In this document: one piece after another, positions 8,661 through 16,320 of the stretch
Layout: every line of letters starts with the position of its first letter
Position numbering within the stretch: the first letter of the stretch is position 1
Sequence record: MZ955870.1
Source: Glutamicibacter phage BIM BV-113
Length of the DNA stretch: 24,000 nt
Reading direction: 5' to 3' (one strand)
Position numbers and translations under genes: made by a program
The notes under the pieces: model-generated
What the model was told of the DNA's origin: nothing
Database searches by the model: none
The model's input: only the letters and a program-made list of their open reading frames with translations

Positions 8661-9073
8661 CGGACAAGGAAAAGGACAAGCGCCCCTATTTTGTCCTGAC
8701 CAACGAGTACCCCAGGCACCGTAAGATCCGCCACCTGTCCGACAAAGCATTCCGGCTGCACGTCACCCTGCTTGGCCTCTGCAACGAAGACAGGAACGAC
8801 GGGATCATCTCAAAACAAGACCTGCAGATGCTCGGCCCAAGCGCGGGGAAAGAGCTTCTGAGCAAGTCGCTGGTGCACGAAAAAGAGCCCGGAATCTACC
8901 AACTCCATGACTACCTCCGACACCAAAACAGTCGACAGGAAATTGAGGAACTTGTCACCGAAAAACAGGCTGCAGGGAAGATCGGGGGAATGAAGTCAGC
9001 GCACAAGAGATGGCACGTTGACCGGGGGATTCACGACCCAAACTGCGAATTGTGCGTCGCCGAAACAGGATAA
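8657..9073 (+). CDS. Replication-initiator-like protein (winged-helix N-terminal type)
   Basis: RPYFVLTNEYPRHRKIRHLSDKAFRLHVTLLGLCNEDRNDGIISKQDLQ...GIYQLHDYLRHQNSRQEIEELVTEKQAAGKIGGMKSAHKRWH resembles N-terminal domains of phage replisome organisers. Confidence 0.55.
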   Translation: MTDKEKDKRPYFVLTNEYPRHRKIRHLSDKAFRLHVTLLGLCNEDRNDGIISKQDLQMLGPSAGKELLSKSLVHEKEPGIYQLHDYLRHQNSRQEIEELVTEKQAAGKIGGMKSAHKRWHVDRGIHDPNCELCVAETG

Positions 9074-9150
9074 GCACCTTATAAGCAGGTGCTTACAAAA
9101 AATATAAGCAAGTGCTAGAGCAAAAAATAAGCACCATTAACCATTAACCA
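9070..9150. repeat. Iteron-like A+T-rich array
   Basis: ATAAGCA at 9070, 9081, 9104 and 9127 (spacings 11, 23, 23); TAAGCACCT (9071-9079) / AGGTGCTTA (9087-9095) inverted repeat; ATTAACCATTAACC direct repeat immediately downstream. Confidence 0.6.
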
Positions 9151-9284
9151 CTTACTTACGTTTAGCTCTCAACCTATGGACACTCTTGGTTCAGTTAAAA
9201 ATGATCAAGAAAAGCAGCATTCGTTCAGAAACTTAACGCACGCGAACACAACGATGCTGATGCAAAAACTCGACAGGAGAAACC

Positions 9285-9785
9285 ATGATCCTCACCCAAT
9301 CCCAAGGCGAACGCCTCACCCGCATGATCGCCGCCATGCGACCAGACTTCGACAGCAACGGCATCGCACGCATCCTCCAAAAAGCCAACCAAGCCGAAGG
9401 CCTGCCAGCCCACGACATGGACCACGCCATCCGAGCCGCCGCGCACTACACCACCCAGCACGCCCCAGACGGCTCCTACGCCAAACACACCCCAGCCATG
9501 TACCCGGCGACTGGCCAACACTGGGACCAAACCGCACCCACAGGATCCAGGCACAAACGCCACCAGGAACCACCCTGCGAAGAACACCCAACCTACGATG
9601 CACGCACCTGCGCCTGCTGCTGGGCAGACATCAAACTCGGAGAACGCCCCGAAAACATGCTCGGCAGGAGGATCCACGCAGAAGGGAAACCCAACTCATT
9701 CGGAGCCCAAGCCGTCAAACAAGCACTCCGGACACTCAAAAGCCCCGAGAACGATGCGAAGCATCCGAAACAACCCGGGGCGTAG
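9285..9785 (+). CDS. Hypothetical protein
   Basis: 166 aa ORF; preceded by gagaaaccATG; contains EEHPTYDARTCACCWADIKLGERP. Confidence 0.55.
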   Translation: MILTQSQGERLTRMIAAMRPDFDSNGIARILQKANQAEGLPAHDMDHAIRAAAHYTTQHAPDGSYAKHTPAMYPATGQHWDQTAPTGSRHKRHQEPPCEEHPTYDARTCACCWADIKLGERPENMLGRRIHAEGKPNSFGAQAVKQALRTLKSPENDAKHPKQPGA

Positions 9786-9859
9786 CCCCATTCTAAAACT
9801 CTTTGCGCCAACCATTGCTATCAACAAACGCAAAACACACCCGCAGTAGACGCAAAACC

Positions 9860-9931
9860 ATGGCCAGAACCGCCGAACACCACTCGGACGGGTATTTCCC
9901 CGCCCGCCCCACCGAAAGGCCCGCAAAATGA
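9860..9931 (+). CDS. Possible very small ORF upstream of resolvase gene
   Basis: MARTAEHHSDGYFPARPTERPAK, ATGA overlap with 9928 start; no independent support. Confidence 0.2.
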   Translation: MARTAEHHSDGYFPARPTERPAK

Positions 9932-10308
9932 ATCCTGCGCCCTCCGAATCAATCCAGCTCGAACTGCCCAAGCTCGCCGACTGGCTCAACCTCAATGTGA
10001 ATCTCCATTGGGCGCCACGGAACAAGCGCGCCCAGGCGTGGCGTCATGGCACGCACATCATCGCCCGCCAACACCGTCTAACCAAGGGCTTCGAGCGAGT
10101 CCAGATTGACGCGTACGTGTGGAAGAGCTCCCGCCGGCAGTACGATCCGCACAATCTCATGCCAACGCTGAAGCCAGTGATTGATGGGCTCGTCGATTAT
10201 GGGCTCCTGGCTGATGATTCGAGCGAATACCTGGCCGGCCCGTTTATCCATCATGGCGGGTACGGGCCGGAGAAGCTCGTGCTGGTCATTCAACCGGTGC
10301 GCGCATAA
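9928..10308 (+). CDS. RusA-like Holliday junction resolvase
   Basis: RRQYDPHNLMPTLKPVIDGLVDYGLLADDSSEYLAG matches the RusA D-N-K-D/GL(I/L)xDD signature. Confidence 0.8.
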   Translation: MNPAPSESIQLELPKLADWLNLNVNLHWAPRNKRAQAWRHGTHIIARQHRLTKGFERVQIDAYVWKSSRRQYDPHNLMPTLKPVIDGLVDYGLLADDSSEYLAGPFIHHGGYGPEKLVLVIQPVRA

Positions 10309-10316
10309 TTTGCTGG

Positions 10317-10351
10317 TTGTGATTGCAACCAATGGTTGCTAGAGTTGCAAC
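10317..10351 (+). promoter_or_regulatory. Candidate promoter with embedded palindromic operator
   Basis: TTGTGA (10317-10322), 17 nt spacer, TAGAGT (10340-10345). Spacer contains perfect palindrome GCAACC-AAT-GGTTGC (10325-10339); palindrome GTTGCAAC at 10344-10351. Confidence 0.45.
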
Positions 10352-10371
10352 TGTCGATAAGTAAACAAGAT

Positions 10372-10394
10372 CCCGCTGGTAGCAAACCAGCGGG
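10372..10394 (+). other. 5'-leader hairpin
   Basis: CCCGCTGGT (10372-10380)-AGCAA-ACCAGCGGG (10386-10394): perfect 9 bp stem just before the RBS of the lipoprotein-like gene. Confidence 0.5.
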
Positions 10395-10408
10395 GGAGGG
10401 GGAACATC

Positions 10409-10789
10409 ATGCGCAAGCGAATCACTATCACCGTGGTTCTCGCAGCCATCGCCTTGGCATCCACAGGTTGCGCGCAAGCAACCGACACCCGCATCGCCGG
10501 CACCATTGAACCCACACGCCACGTTGTGGGGAACACGGTGAACAGCATCCAAGAGGTGCGGGAAGCACTCGAAACCGCGGTTATGCGTGGCGCTGTCCGC
10601 AACAACATTGACCGGATCCTCACGCTCTCGCAGGACTTGAACACACCGTTTGAATTCGAACGGGATCTGCTCGTCTGTGAAGAGCTACACCCGCTGCCAG
10701 GGGATCACGGGCCGGAACATCCGGAGTCGAAGCCGCTGGCCGATTGTGTGGAGAAAACCTTTCAAGCGCATCAGGTAGGCCAGTCGTGA
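10409..10789 (+). CDS. Putative lipoprotein
   Basis: MRKRITITVVLAAIALASTGCAQ: basic N-terminus, hydrophobic core, ASTGC lipobox-like site; strong G-rich RBS. Confidence 0.65.
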   Translation: MRKRITITVVLAAIALASTGCAQATDTRIAGTIEPTRHVVGNTVNSIQEVREALETAVMRGAVRNNIDRILTLSQDLNTPFEFERDLLVCEELHPLPGDHGPEHPESKPLADCVEKTFQAHQVGQS

Positions 10790-11154
10790 CCCAGGAACTA
10801 GACCTCCAAGCCCTGCGCAAGGTCGCAGAAGCAGCAACCCCAGGGCCGTGGACTGAGTTCCATGAGAACGGGACTCAGGGCGAGTTCGAGCCGTTCAACT
10901 GCCCGCCCGCCACCGGTGCCATGCTCTTGGATTACGCGCCGATGGAGCAGCGAGCCAAAGACGCAAAGTTCATCGCCACGTTTGACCCGCCTACCGTCCT
11001 CGCGCTCCTCACCCAACTCGAACAGGCTGAGGCGCAGGTAGCCAGGGTGCGGGAGCTTGCCTCGGAGTTCGATAAGCACGAGTACCCACGGGGGATGCAT
11101 CGCTTCGCGGTAGCCAAGCGTATCCGCCGTGCCTTGGACGGTGAGTCGATATGA
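10786..11154 (+). CDS. Hypothetical (Ea22-like) protein
   Basis: LRKVAEAATPGPWTEF...AKFIATFDPPTVLALLTQLEQAE pattern; GTGA overlap. Confidence 0.6.
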   Translation: MTQELDLQALRKVAEAATPGPWTEFHENGTQGEFEPFNCPPATGAMLLDYAPMEQRAKDAKFIATFDPPTVLALLTQLEQAEAQVARVRELASEFDKHEYPRGMHRFAVAKRIRRALDGESI

Positions 11155-11483
11155 GTCTTCCAACGTGCGGTGTCCAGAGCCCGTCATGTGGGGCATGCGG
11201 AGATGGCACCACCTATACCGGAGACGGGTTCTTCTGCGAACCATGCGGGCTCTACTACGGTGACGGCGAAGACGGAACCGAAGCGGAATTCTTGGATGAA
11301 ACCGATGAACCGTGCGGAAAACCATGTGACAACTACTGGCACGGTGACGAAAAGATCACGAGCAAGTACAGGTACGAATGCACGGCCTGCAAGCTCCCCG
11401 AGGGCCACACCAGTGACCACTGGTCAGACTGCAAGCCAGTCCGAATCGCAGACGAAGGACTAGGAGGTGAGGAACGTGGGTGA
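11151..11483 (+). CDS. Cys-rich zinc-ribbon-like hypothetical protein
   Basis: CGACGDGTTYTGDGFFCEPCGLYYGD...YRYECTACKLPEGHTSDHW. Confidence 0.55.
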   Translation: MSLPTCGVQSPSCGACGDGTTYTGDGFFCEPCGLYYGDGEDGTEAEFLDETDEPCGKPCDNYWHGDEKITSKYRYECTACKLPEGHTSDHWSDCKPVRIADEGLGGEERG

Positions 11484-11487
11484 ACGC

Positions 11488-11664
11488 ATGAGTGATCGAG
11501 AGCCCGTTCTTGGCAGGTGGGAAGTAATCCGAGACCAATACGACTTCGACTGGCTGGTCTACAACGCGGACACCACCTACGACAAAGCGTTCCCGACCCA
11601 CGCCGAAGCTATCGCCTACGCCGATCGTATGGCACGAACCAGCCACGAGTCGGAGAGTGAGTGA
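11488..11664 (+). CDS. Small hypothetical protein
   Basis: MSDREPVLGRWEVIRDQYDFDWLVYNADTTYDKAFPTHAEAIAYADRMARTSHESESE. Confidence 0.5.
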   Translation: MSDREPVLGRWEVIRDQYDFDWLVYNADTTYDKAFPTHAEAIAYADRMARTSHESESE

Positions 11665-11665
11665 G

Positions 11666-11869
11666 CTAGTCGCCGTCGTCGAGCTCAATCACGTTAGCGA
11701 CCATCACAGTCTCTACGTCAGTCCCAGTGATTTCGGCAGCCCTGGACCGCGCAAGGTCCGAAACATCCTCAAGGGACTGAACCTCCAAAGACGCACCAGG
11801 GATTGTCGGAACAGTGACGGCATAAATATCCCGCTCACTAACAAACCGAACCTCAATATCAATGTCCAT
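11666..11869 (-). CDS. HicB-like (antitoxin-fold) small protein, 67 aa
   Basis: MDIDIEVRFVSERDIYAVTVPTIPGASLEVQSLEDVSDLARSRAAEITGTDVETVMVANVIELDDGD: HicB-type pattern (xxYxVxVPxxPG...s/EA...Ar). Fills a gap where the forward strand has no convincing gene. Confidence 0.6.
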   Translation of the reverse strand: MDIDIEVRFVSERDIYAVTVPTIPGASLEVQSLEDVSDLARSRAAEITGTDVETVMVANVIELDDGD

Positions 11870-11875
11870 GAGCAA

Positions 11876-11904
11876 AGTATCCGCCCGACCAATACACGAA
11901 TCAA
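11876..11904 (-). promoter_or_regulatory. Promoter of the reverse HicB-like gene
   Basis: On the minus strand: TTGATT (11899-11904)-17 nt-GATACT (11876-11881)-6 nt-ATG. Confidence 0.5.
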
Positions 11905-11915
11905 GAACGGAGAAC

Positions 11916-12143
11916 ATGAGCAACCTACCCGGCAACCCCATAGGCGAAAAGTACGGGGACAAGCAAGGACTCTCGGCGGAAGTCGTCGCGGCGCTGATAG
12001 TGGCGCACGAGATACGCACCGCGAACCTGCTGAAGGTCTTGGAGTTACAAGGCCAGATGCTGGACGTTACCCAAGCTTTCAACCTGAGCGCGTTCGACGT
12101 AGCTTCACGCCTCGGACTGGGAGATACCAATGGGAATGTTTGA
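11916..12143 (+). CDS. Small hypothetical protein
   Basis: MSNLPGNPIGEKYGDKQGLSAEVVAALIVAHEIRTANLLKVLELQGQMLDVTQAF...; start within ORF 11862..12143. Confidence 0.5.
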   Translation: MSNLPGNPIGEKYGDKQGLSAEVVAALIVAHEIRTANLLKVLELQGQMLDVTQAFNLSAFDVASRLGLGDTNGNV

Positions 12144-12807
12144 CAGCTTCTACGACTCGGACGAACGAGAGTGGCAGACGAAAGCGTATGAGAACCAGCT
12201 TGCTGCATATCGGCAGGGCGATGTCCTACCGGAGTTAGAGAACCACCCGGACGTTACCGATTACCAGGTGGAAATCCTGAGCGGCAAGGACGTCGTTGAG
12301 AACGGCGAGCTGAAGCATGTGTACCTGGACTCGTTCGCCACGGTCATCGGCAACAAGCTGATCACAATCAACGACCCGAGGAATAGGAACCTGCCACGCA
12401 TCAATTACGGCGGTCACCGATACCACCCAGAAGCGGAAAAGGAACTCGAATTGGGGGGGGGCGGAGAAGTGAGTGATTACCAGCTGGGTGACCGTGTGAC
12501 CATGACCGGCACTGCGCAGAAGAAGAAAAGATTCGATTCGCCTAATGGGGGAAAGCTCATGACGGTATTCGAGGATGGCCCAACCCCCAAGATCTGGAAC
12601 CGAGAAGGTGGCACCGACTACACGGAGGGTGTTGTGGTTGGCCGTCGGTTCGTCCAAGAAGGGCGCACCGAGTTTCTCGACTACGACGGCACTCGGGTAT
12701 TCAAGTCGAGTGGCATCACGCATCGCGTCTGGATCGTCTCGTTCGACCTGCGCTACAAGCCGGTCATGTGCTTTGGCCACCAGATCAGCAAGGAGACCGA
12801 GAAGTGA
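12130..12807 (+). CDS. Hypothetical protein, apparently two modules joined at a G9 tract
   Basis: Continuous ORF; G homopolymer 12453-12461 encodes GGG; internal GTG 12469 preceded by cggagaa. Confidence 0.5.
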   Translation: MGMFDSFYDSDEREWQTKAYENQLAAYRQGDVLPELENHPDVTDYQVEILSGKDVVENGELKHVYLDSFATVIGNKLITINDPRNRNLPRINYGGHRYHPEAEKELELGGGGEVSDYQLGDRVTMTGTAQKKKRFDSPNGGKLMTVFEDGPTPKIWNREGGTDYTEGVVVGRRFVQEGRTEFLDYDGTRVFKSSGITHRVWIVSFDLRYKPVMCFGHQISKETEK

Positions 12808-13010
12808 GCCTGGTAGAGCGGCGTACGAAAGAAACCATTCGCCACGAGTACCTGATTCCTAACGGGGCGCCATGGGCTGAGCTTGGCAAGGCATACGCAA
12901 TGGCGAAGCGTGACATTGAAGATGCTGGCAAAGACCCCAGCTGGGACGACGCAGCATTCATTACTAGTGACGACGAGAACACCATCATCTATTGGGAGGA
13001 AACCAAATGA
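12804..13010 (+). CDS. Small hypothetical protein
   Basis: GTGA overlap with the previous stop; 68 aa. Confidence 0.5.
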   Translation: MSLVERRTKETIRHEYLIPNGAPWAELGKAYAMAKRDIEDAGKDPSWDDAAFITSDDENTIIYWEETK

Positions 13011-13696
13011 GCTACTACGACGAGGATTATTACCAGGAGCCATCCGAGTTTGACGAAATGGTTGAAGAGTTCAAAGCGAAACTCGCTGAGTCCGTCAAGG
13101 AAGAAACCAAGGCTGAACTTGAACGACTCCGCGGTGAAAATGTGAAACTGCGCGACAAGGTGAAGAATCTGGATCAACTAGAACGCGAAGTCGCAGCAGC
13201 CAAACGTGACTATGAGCGCCGCGCCGCGAATGCTGAGCGTGACGCTGGGCGTGAAGCGCGGAAGCTGAAAGCAGGAGAACTACTCAAAGAGATCGGCACC
13301 CCGAAGTTCACAGTTACTCGAACGTCAAAGTTTGGTGAGAAATGCGAACAATGCGACGACAACCGGACCGTCCACTTCAAATCACCTCAGGGGAAAGACT
13401 TAGAGGAGCGGTGCACCTGCTGGGTCAAGTACGTCCACTGGAACATCGAAGAAATGATCGCCCATTCTGCCACGGTGCGTAATGACAAGCTTCTGGTCTG
13501 GTACACGGGCACGCGCAACGTCAAGGATGACGACTGGTCAAACGTCTACGCAAAGGTTCTCTACGACCCTGCTGGATTGACCGTAGAGCGACTCATGGAA
13601 GAACCAGGAGACTACGGATTCAACGACAAGGACGCAGCCGTGGCGCTGGTCGAAGCGTTGAATAAGCGCGATGAAGGGAAGACCACCCAATGGTGA
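13007..13696 (+). CDS. Coiled-coil protein with CxxC zinc-binding-like motif
   Basis: KEETKAELERLRGENVKLRDKVKNLDQLEREVAAAKRDYERR followed by GEKCEQCDDNRTVHFKS...ERCTCW. Confidence 0.6.
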   Translation: MSYYDEDYYQEPSEFDEMVEEFKAKLAESVKEETKAELERLRGENVKLRDKVKNLDQLEREVAAAKRDYERRAANAERDAGREARKLKAGELLKEIGTPKFTVTRTSKFGEKCEQCDDNRTVHFKSPQGKDLEERCTCWVKYVHWNIEEMIAHSATVRNDKLLVWYTGTRNVKDDDWSNVYAKVLYDPAGLTVERLMEEPGDYGFNDKDAAVALVEALNKRDEGKTTQW

Positions 13697-14058
13697 AGAA
13701 ACCAACAGGAGTTCCAATGCCTAACCAGCCCCCGCTAAACCCGGACGCGCTTGCTGAAGCGATCGACACGATAGGGCGGCTGAACGTGGCAAGCGTTGAG
13801 CCAGCGATTGTAGGAAGACTTGCCATTGAAACGTACCTCACCGCCGCCCAGCCGGTAGTGAACAGCGCAGTGGAAGCATTCATCAACCAGCGCCCGGAGT
13901 ACATCACCGCGCTAAAGAACACGCGTGGCACAGATGACCAGACGGATTATCACCGCTGGCAAGGCGGCGCAGAAGCGCGTCGCCAGTTAGCCGAAGCACT
14001 CGGCTGGACGGTGCCGCACAACCCCGGCGAAACTACCCACCCGGCGGTGAAGCCATGA
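13693..14058 (+). CDS. Hypothetical protein
   Basis: 122 aa ORF, GTGA overlap. Confidence 0.55.
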   Translation: MKKPTGVPMPNQPPLNPDALAEAIDTIGRLNVASVEPAIVGRLAIETYLTAAQPVVNSAVEAFINQRPEYITALKNTRGTDDQTDYHRWQGGAEARRQLAEALGWTVPHNPGETTHPAVKP

Positions 14059-14345
14059 CCATCCAAGAGATTCTCGAAGCGCACCAGTATGAGCCAACTT
14101 CCTACCTGGTTCGTATCGCCTCGTGCTCATGTGGCGATTGGGCGGACGCGGCCCCAGCGCACTTAGCCAAACACTTTGAAGGCCACCGCGCTCATCTTGC
14201 CGAGGTGCTTGAACAGCACATGCGGGAAAGGGAGGCCGATGCGTGGGATAAGGGTGCGAACGAAGTGCACATATCAGGGGACCAGTTTGACGTCGATCAA
14301 GCCATCGCGGCCAATCCTCACCGAACGGAGTCGTCTGATGGCTGA
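14055..14345 (+). CDS. Hypothetical protein with Cys/His motif
   Basis: YLVRIASCSCGDWADAAPAHLAKHFEGHRAH. Confidence 0.55.
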   Translation: MTIQEILEAHQYEPTSYLVRIASCSCGDWADAAPAHLAKHFEGHRAHLAEVLEQHMREREADAWDKGANEVHISGDQFDVDQAIAANPHRTESSDG

Positions 14346-14592
14346 ATACACGCCGAGGACGTATGACGTTCGGGCGCTGTATGTTCTAGCGACACCTCCA
14401 CATCGCGTATCCATAGGCGATGGGAAAGCAGAGTTCGACCGCTGGCTTGAAACCGTCCGCGCCGAAGCGAAAGCAGAAGCGCTCAACGAGGCAGCCGAAG
14501 GTATCCGCAACATGACCCTCGACGACAACCCGACAGACTGGCTAACCGACTTCGCAGAACAGTACAAGGATGGAGTAATTCATGGTCGTTAG
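14338..14592 (+). CDS. Hypothetical protein
   Basis: MAEYTPRTYDVRALYVLATPPHRVSIGDGKAEFDRWLETVRAEAKAEAL...; internal ATG within ORF 14176..14592. Confidence 0.5.
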   Translation: MAEYTPRTYDVRALYVLATPPHRVSIGDGKAEFDRWLETVRAEAKAEALNEAAEGIRNMTLDDNPTDWLTDFAEQYKDGVIHGR

Positions 14593-15280
14593 AGTTACCG
14601 CTGAGAACCTGGGCAAAGCGATCAAACGCTACAAAGGCGACCCCACCTACGCGCCAGGACAAGAACGCGACGGGAAGCTAATCTGCGGGGCGAAGAAGCG
14701 CGGCAAAGACGAAGCCTGCGGATCCTCCCCAGTACCAGGCGGGGTACGGTGCGGCCGGCACGGCGGCAACAGCCCGAAAGCTAAAACAGCAGCAGAAGCA
14801 AGGATCGCGGAACAAGAATTGAACCACGCCATAGGCACCCTCGGAATCACCGAAAAATACCCCGACATCGACCCCGCCCAAGCACTCCTGCAGGAAATCA
14901 GGATCAGCTACGCACACGTCCAATGGCTGCGTACCAAAGTCGCTGAGGTTGAACCTAACGAGCTTGTATGGGGGATTACAAAGACTGAAGCTGGTATCGG
15001 TGCCCAGGGGCCCGTCGATATGACCGTTCAAGAAGCAGGAATCAACACCTGGTACACGCTCTACACCAAGGAACGTGAGCACTTCGCCAAGCTCACCACC
15101 ATGGCACTCAAAGCGGGTATCGAGCAGCGCCGCATTGAACTGGAAGAGCAAAAAGCGGAACTCGTGGTAGTCGCGTTGAAGCAGATCTTCGCAGCTTTGA
15201 ACCTCTCAAAGATTCAAGCCGACATGCTCCCCACCATCGTCCCCAACGCCCTACGCCAACTCACTGGAGGAACACCATGA
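14582..15280 (+). CDS. Putative terminase small subunit
   Basis: GKLICGAKKRGKDEACGSSPVPGGVRCGRHGGNSPKAKTAAEARIAEQEL... Cys/His N-terminal element typical of actinophage small terminases. Confidence 0.65.
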   Translation: MVVRVTAENLGKAIKRYKGDPTYAPGQERDGKLICGAKKRGKDEACGSSPVPGGVRCGRHGGNSPKAKTAAEARIAEQELNHAIGTLGITEKYPDIDPAQALLQEIRISYAHVQWLRTKVAEVEPNELVWGITKTEAGIGAQGPVDMTVQEAGINTWYTLYTKEREHFAKLTTMALKAGIEQRRIELEEQKAELVVVALKQIFAALNLSKIQADMLPTIVPNALRQLTGGTP

Positions 15281-15591
15281 CCACCACCCGCGAAGCCCGG
15301 CACCTATCCGGCGCGGACCTCGGCAAAGCGATCACGGTCGACCTTGAAGAGCACACGGTCACCGGACATCTGACCAGTGTGTGCCACCGAGCCAACCTCA
15401 TCGACGATGAAAGCCTCTGCGAAACCATGCCACGCTACGAGATCGGTCCCGGCAAAACAATGATCGAAATCCTCGTCACTACCGGCATACTCCAGACCAC
15501 CATCGAACCAACCCACCCGGTCAAGGTCACCGGCACACCAACCCCACCCGGGTTAGACCTGCACAAGTCAGTGCTTGACCAGGACGGATAA
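15277..15591 (+). CDS. Hypothetical protein
   Basis: 104 aa ORF, ATGA overlap. Confidence 0.5.
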   Translation: MTTTREARHLSGADLGKAITVDLEEHTVTGHLTSVCHRANLIDDESLCETMPRYEIGPGKTMIEILVTTGILQTTIEPTHPVKVTGTPTPPGLDLHKSVLDQDG

Positions 15592-15600
15592 GATTAGGAC

Positions 15601-16320
15601 ATGATTCTCGCTGATGAAATAACGTGTGAAGTGGCAGACGCAAACGCGGTCAAAATCGATTTGATCGACTGCTCAACAAGTCTCATAGACTCGGCCAAAG
15701 GTGTTGAGCTCATGTGGATTGCGATCGGAGCGATCGGAGCATTCGGGGCCATGGTCATCACAATCTTCATGGCGAGGTATGCGTGGAAAGCATGGAACGC
15801 TGCGCAGAAACAAAATGAAAGCACTGAAAAGCAGATACAACTCACGCGAGACCTTTTTATTGAGGCCCAAAGAGTCCCGGCTGTGACGGACTATATCAAC
15901 GATCTACGCAGGCTATGTCTATACGTTGATGAGCTGGACTCTGCCCAGCAAACAAAACTGAGCGCATCATTGGAACATGATGCAGTCAGATGGATGCTGA
16001 CCTACCCAACAACATTGGAGCGACGTTCGCTAGAGATAATTTCAATTCGAATCGGTACAGCAACCTTGGAATACATCATTACGGATCGAAACAAGGAGAT
16101 TGCCAAACTAAAAGATCCGGAATCTGATGTCGAGAAAATTGACGGTCGTCTGGGAGAAATTTCTAAATACCTGGCCGATGTTTGTGAGGACATGGTCGCT
16201 CGTTGCATCAGGTTGCACCATGGCCAGATTGCGATCGAAAAGTTTGAATCGGAATTGGAATTGAGCCTAGAAAAACTCTCAGGTCAACTTAAGTACTGGA
16301 AGGAAACATGTCCTGTTTAA
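15601..16320 (+). CDS. Putative membrane-anchored protein with cytosolic helical domain (accessory/moron candidate)
   Basis: MWIAIGAIGAFGAMVITIFMARYAWKAWN transmembrane-like segment, then long charged helical region; visibly more A+T-rich than neighbours. Confidence 0.6.
   Translation: MILADEITCEVADANAVKIDLIDCSTSLIDSAKGVELMWIAIGAIGAFGAMVITIFMARYAWKAWNAAQKQNESTEKQIQLTRDLFIEAQRVPAVTDYINDLRRLCLYVDELDSAQQTKLSASLEHDAVRWMLTYPTTLERRSLEIISIRIGTATLEYIITDRNKEIAKLKDPESDVEKIDGRLGEISKYLADVCEDMVARCIRLHHGQIAIEKFESELELSLEKLSGQLKYWKETCPV

Noticed and set aside
9225-9677. 150-aa minus-strand ORF
   Set aside because: Antisense, Gly/Val/Phe-rich composition, no motif; competing forward gene 9285-9785 looks more credible.
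9176-9796. 206-aa plus-strand ORF beginning in the noncoding region
   Set aside because: Out of frame with 9285-9785, His/Pro/Arg/Thr-rich low-quality composition typical of a shifted frame in GC-rich sequence.
10798-11325. 175-aa minus-strand ORF
   Set aside because: Antisense to two overlapping forward genes with coupled start/stop signals; no recognizable motif or promoter.
11657-12238. 193-aa plus-strand ORF spanning the reverse HicB-like gene
   Set aside because: Arg/Thr/Asn-rich shifted frame; the region is better explained by reverse gene 11666-11869 plus forward genes from 11916 and 12130.
12235-12780. 181-aa minus-strand ORF
   Set aside because: Antisense shadow of 12130-12807; no promoter-like element or domain.
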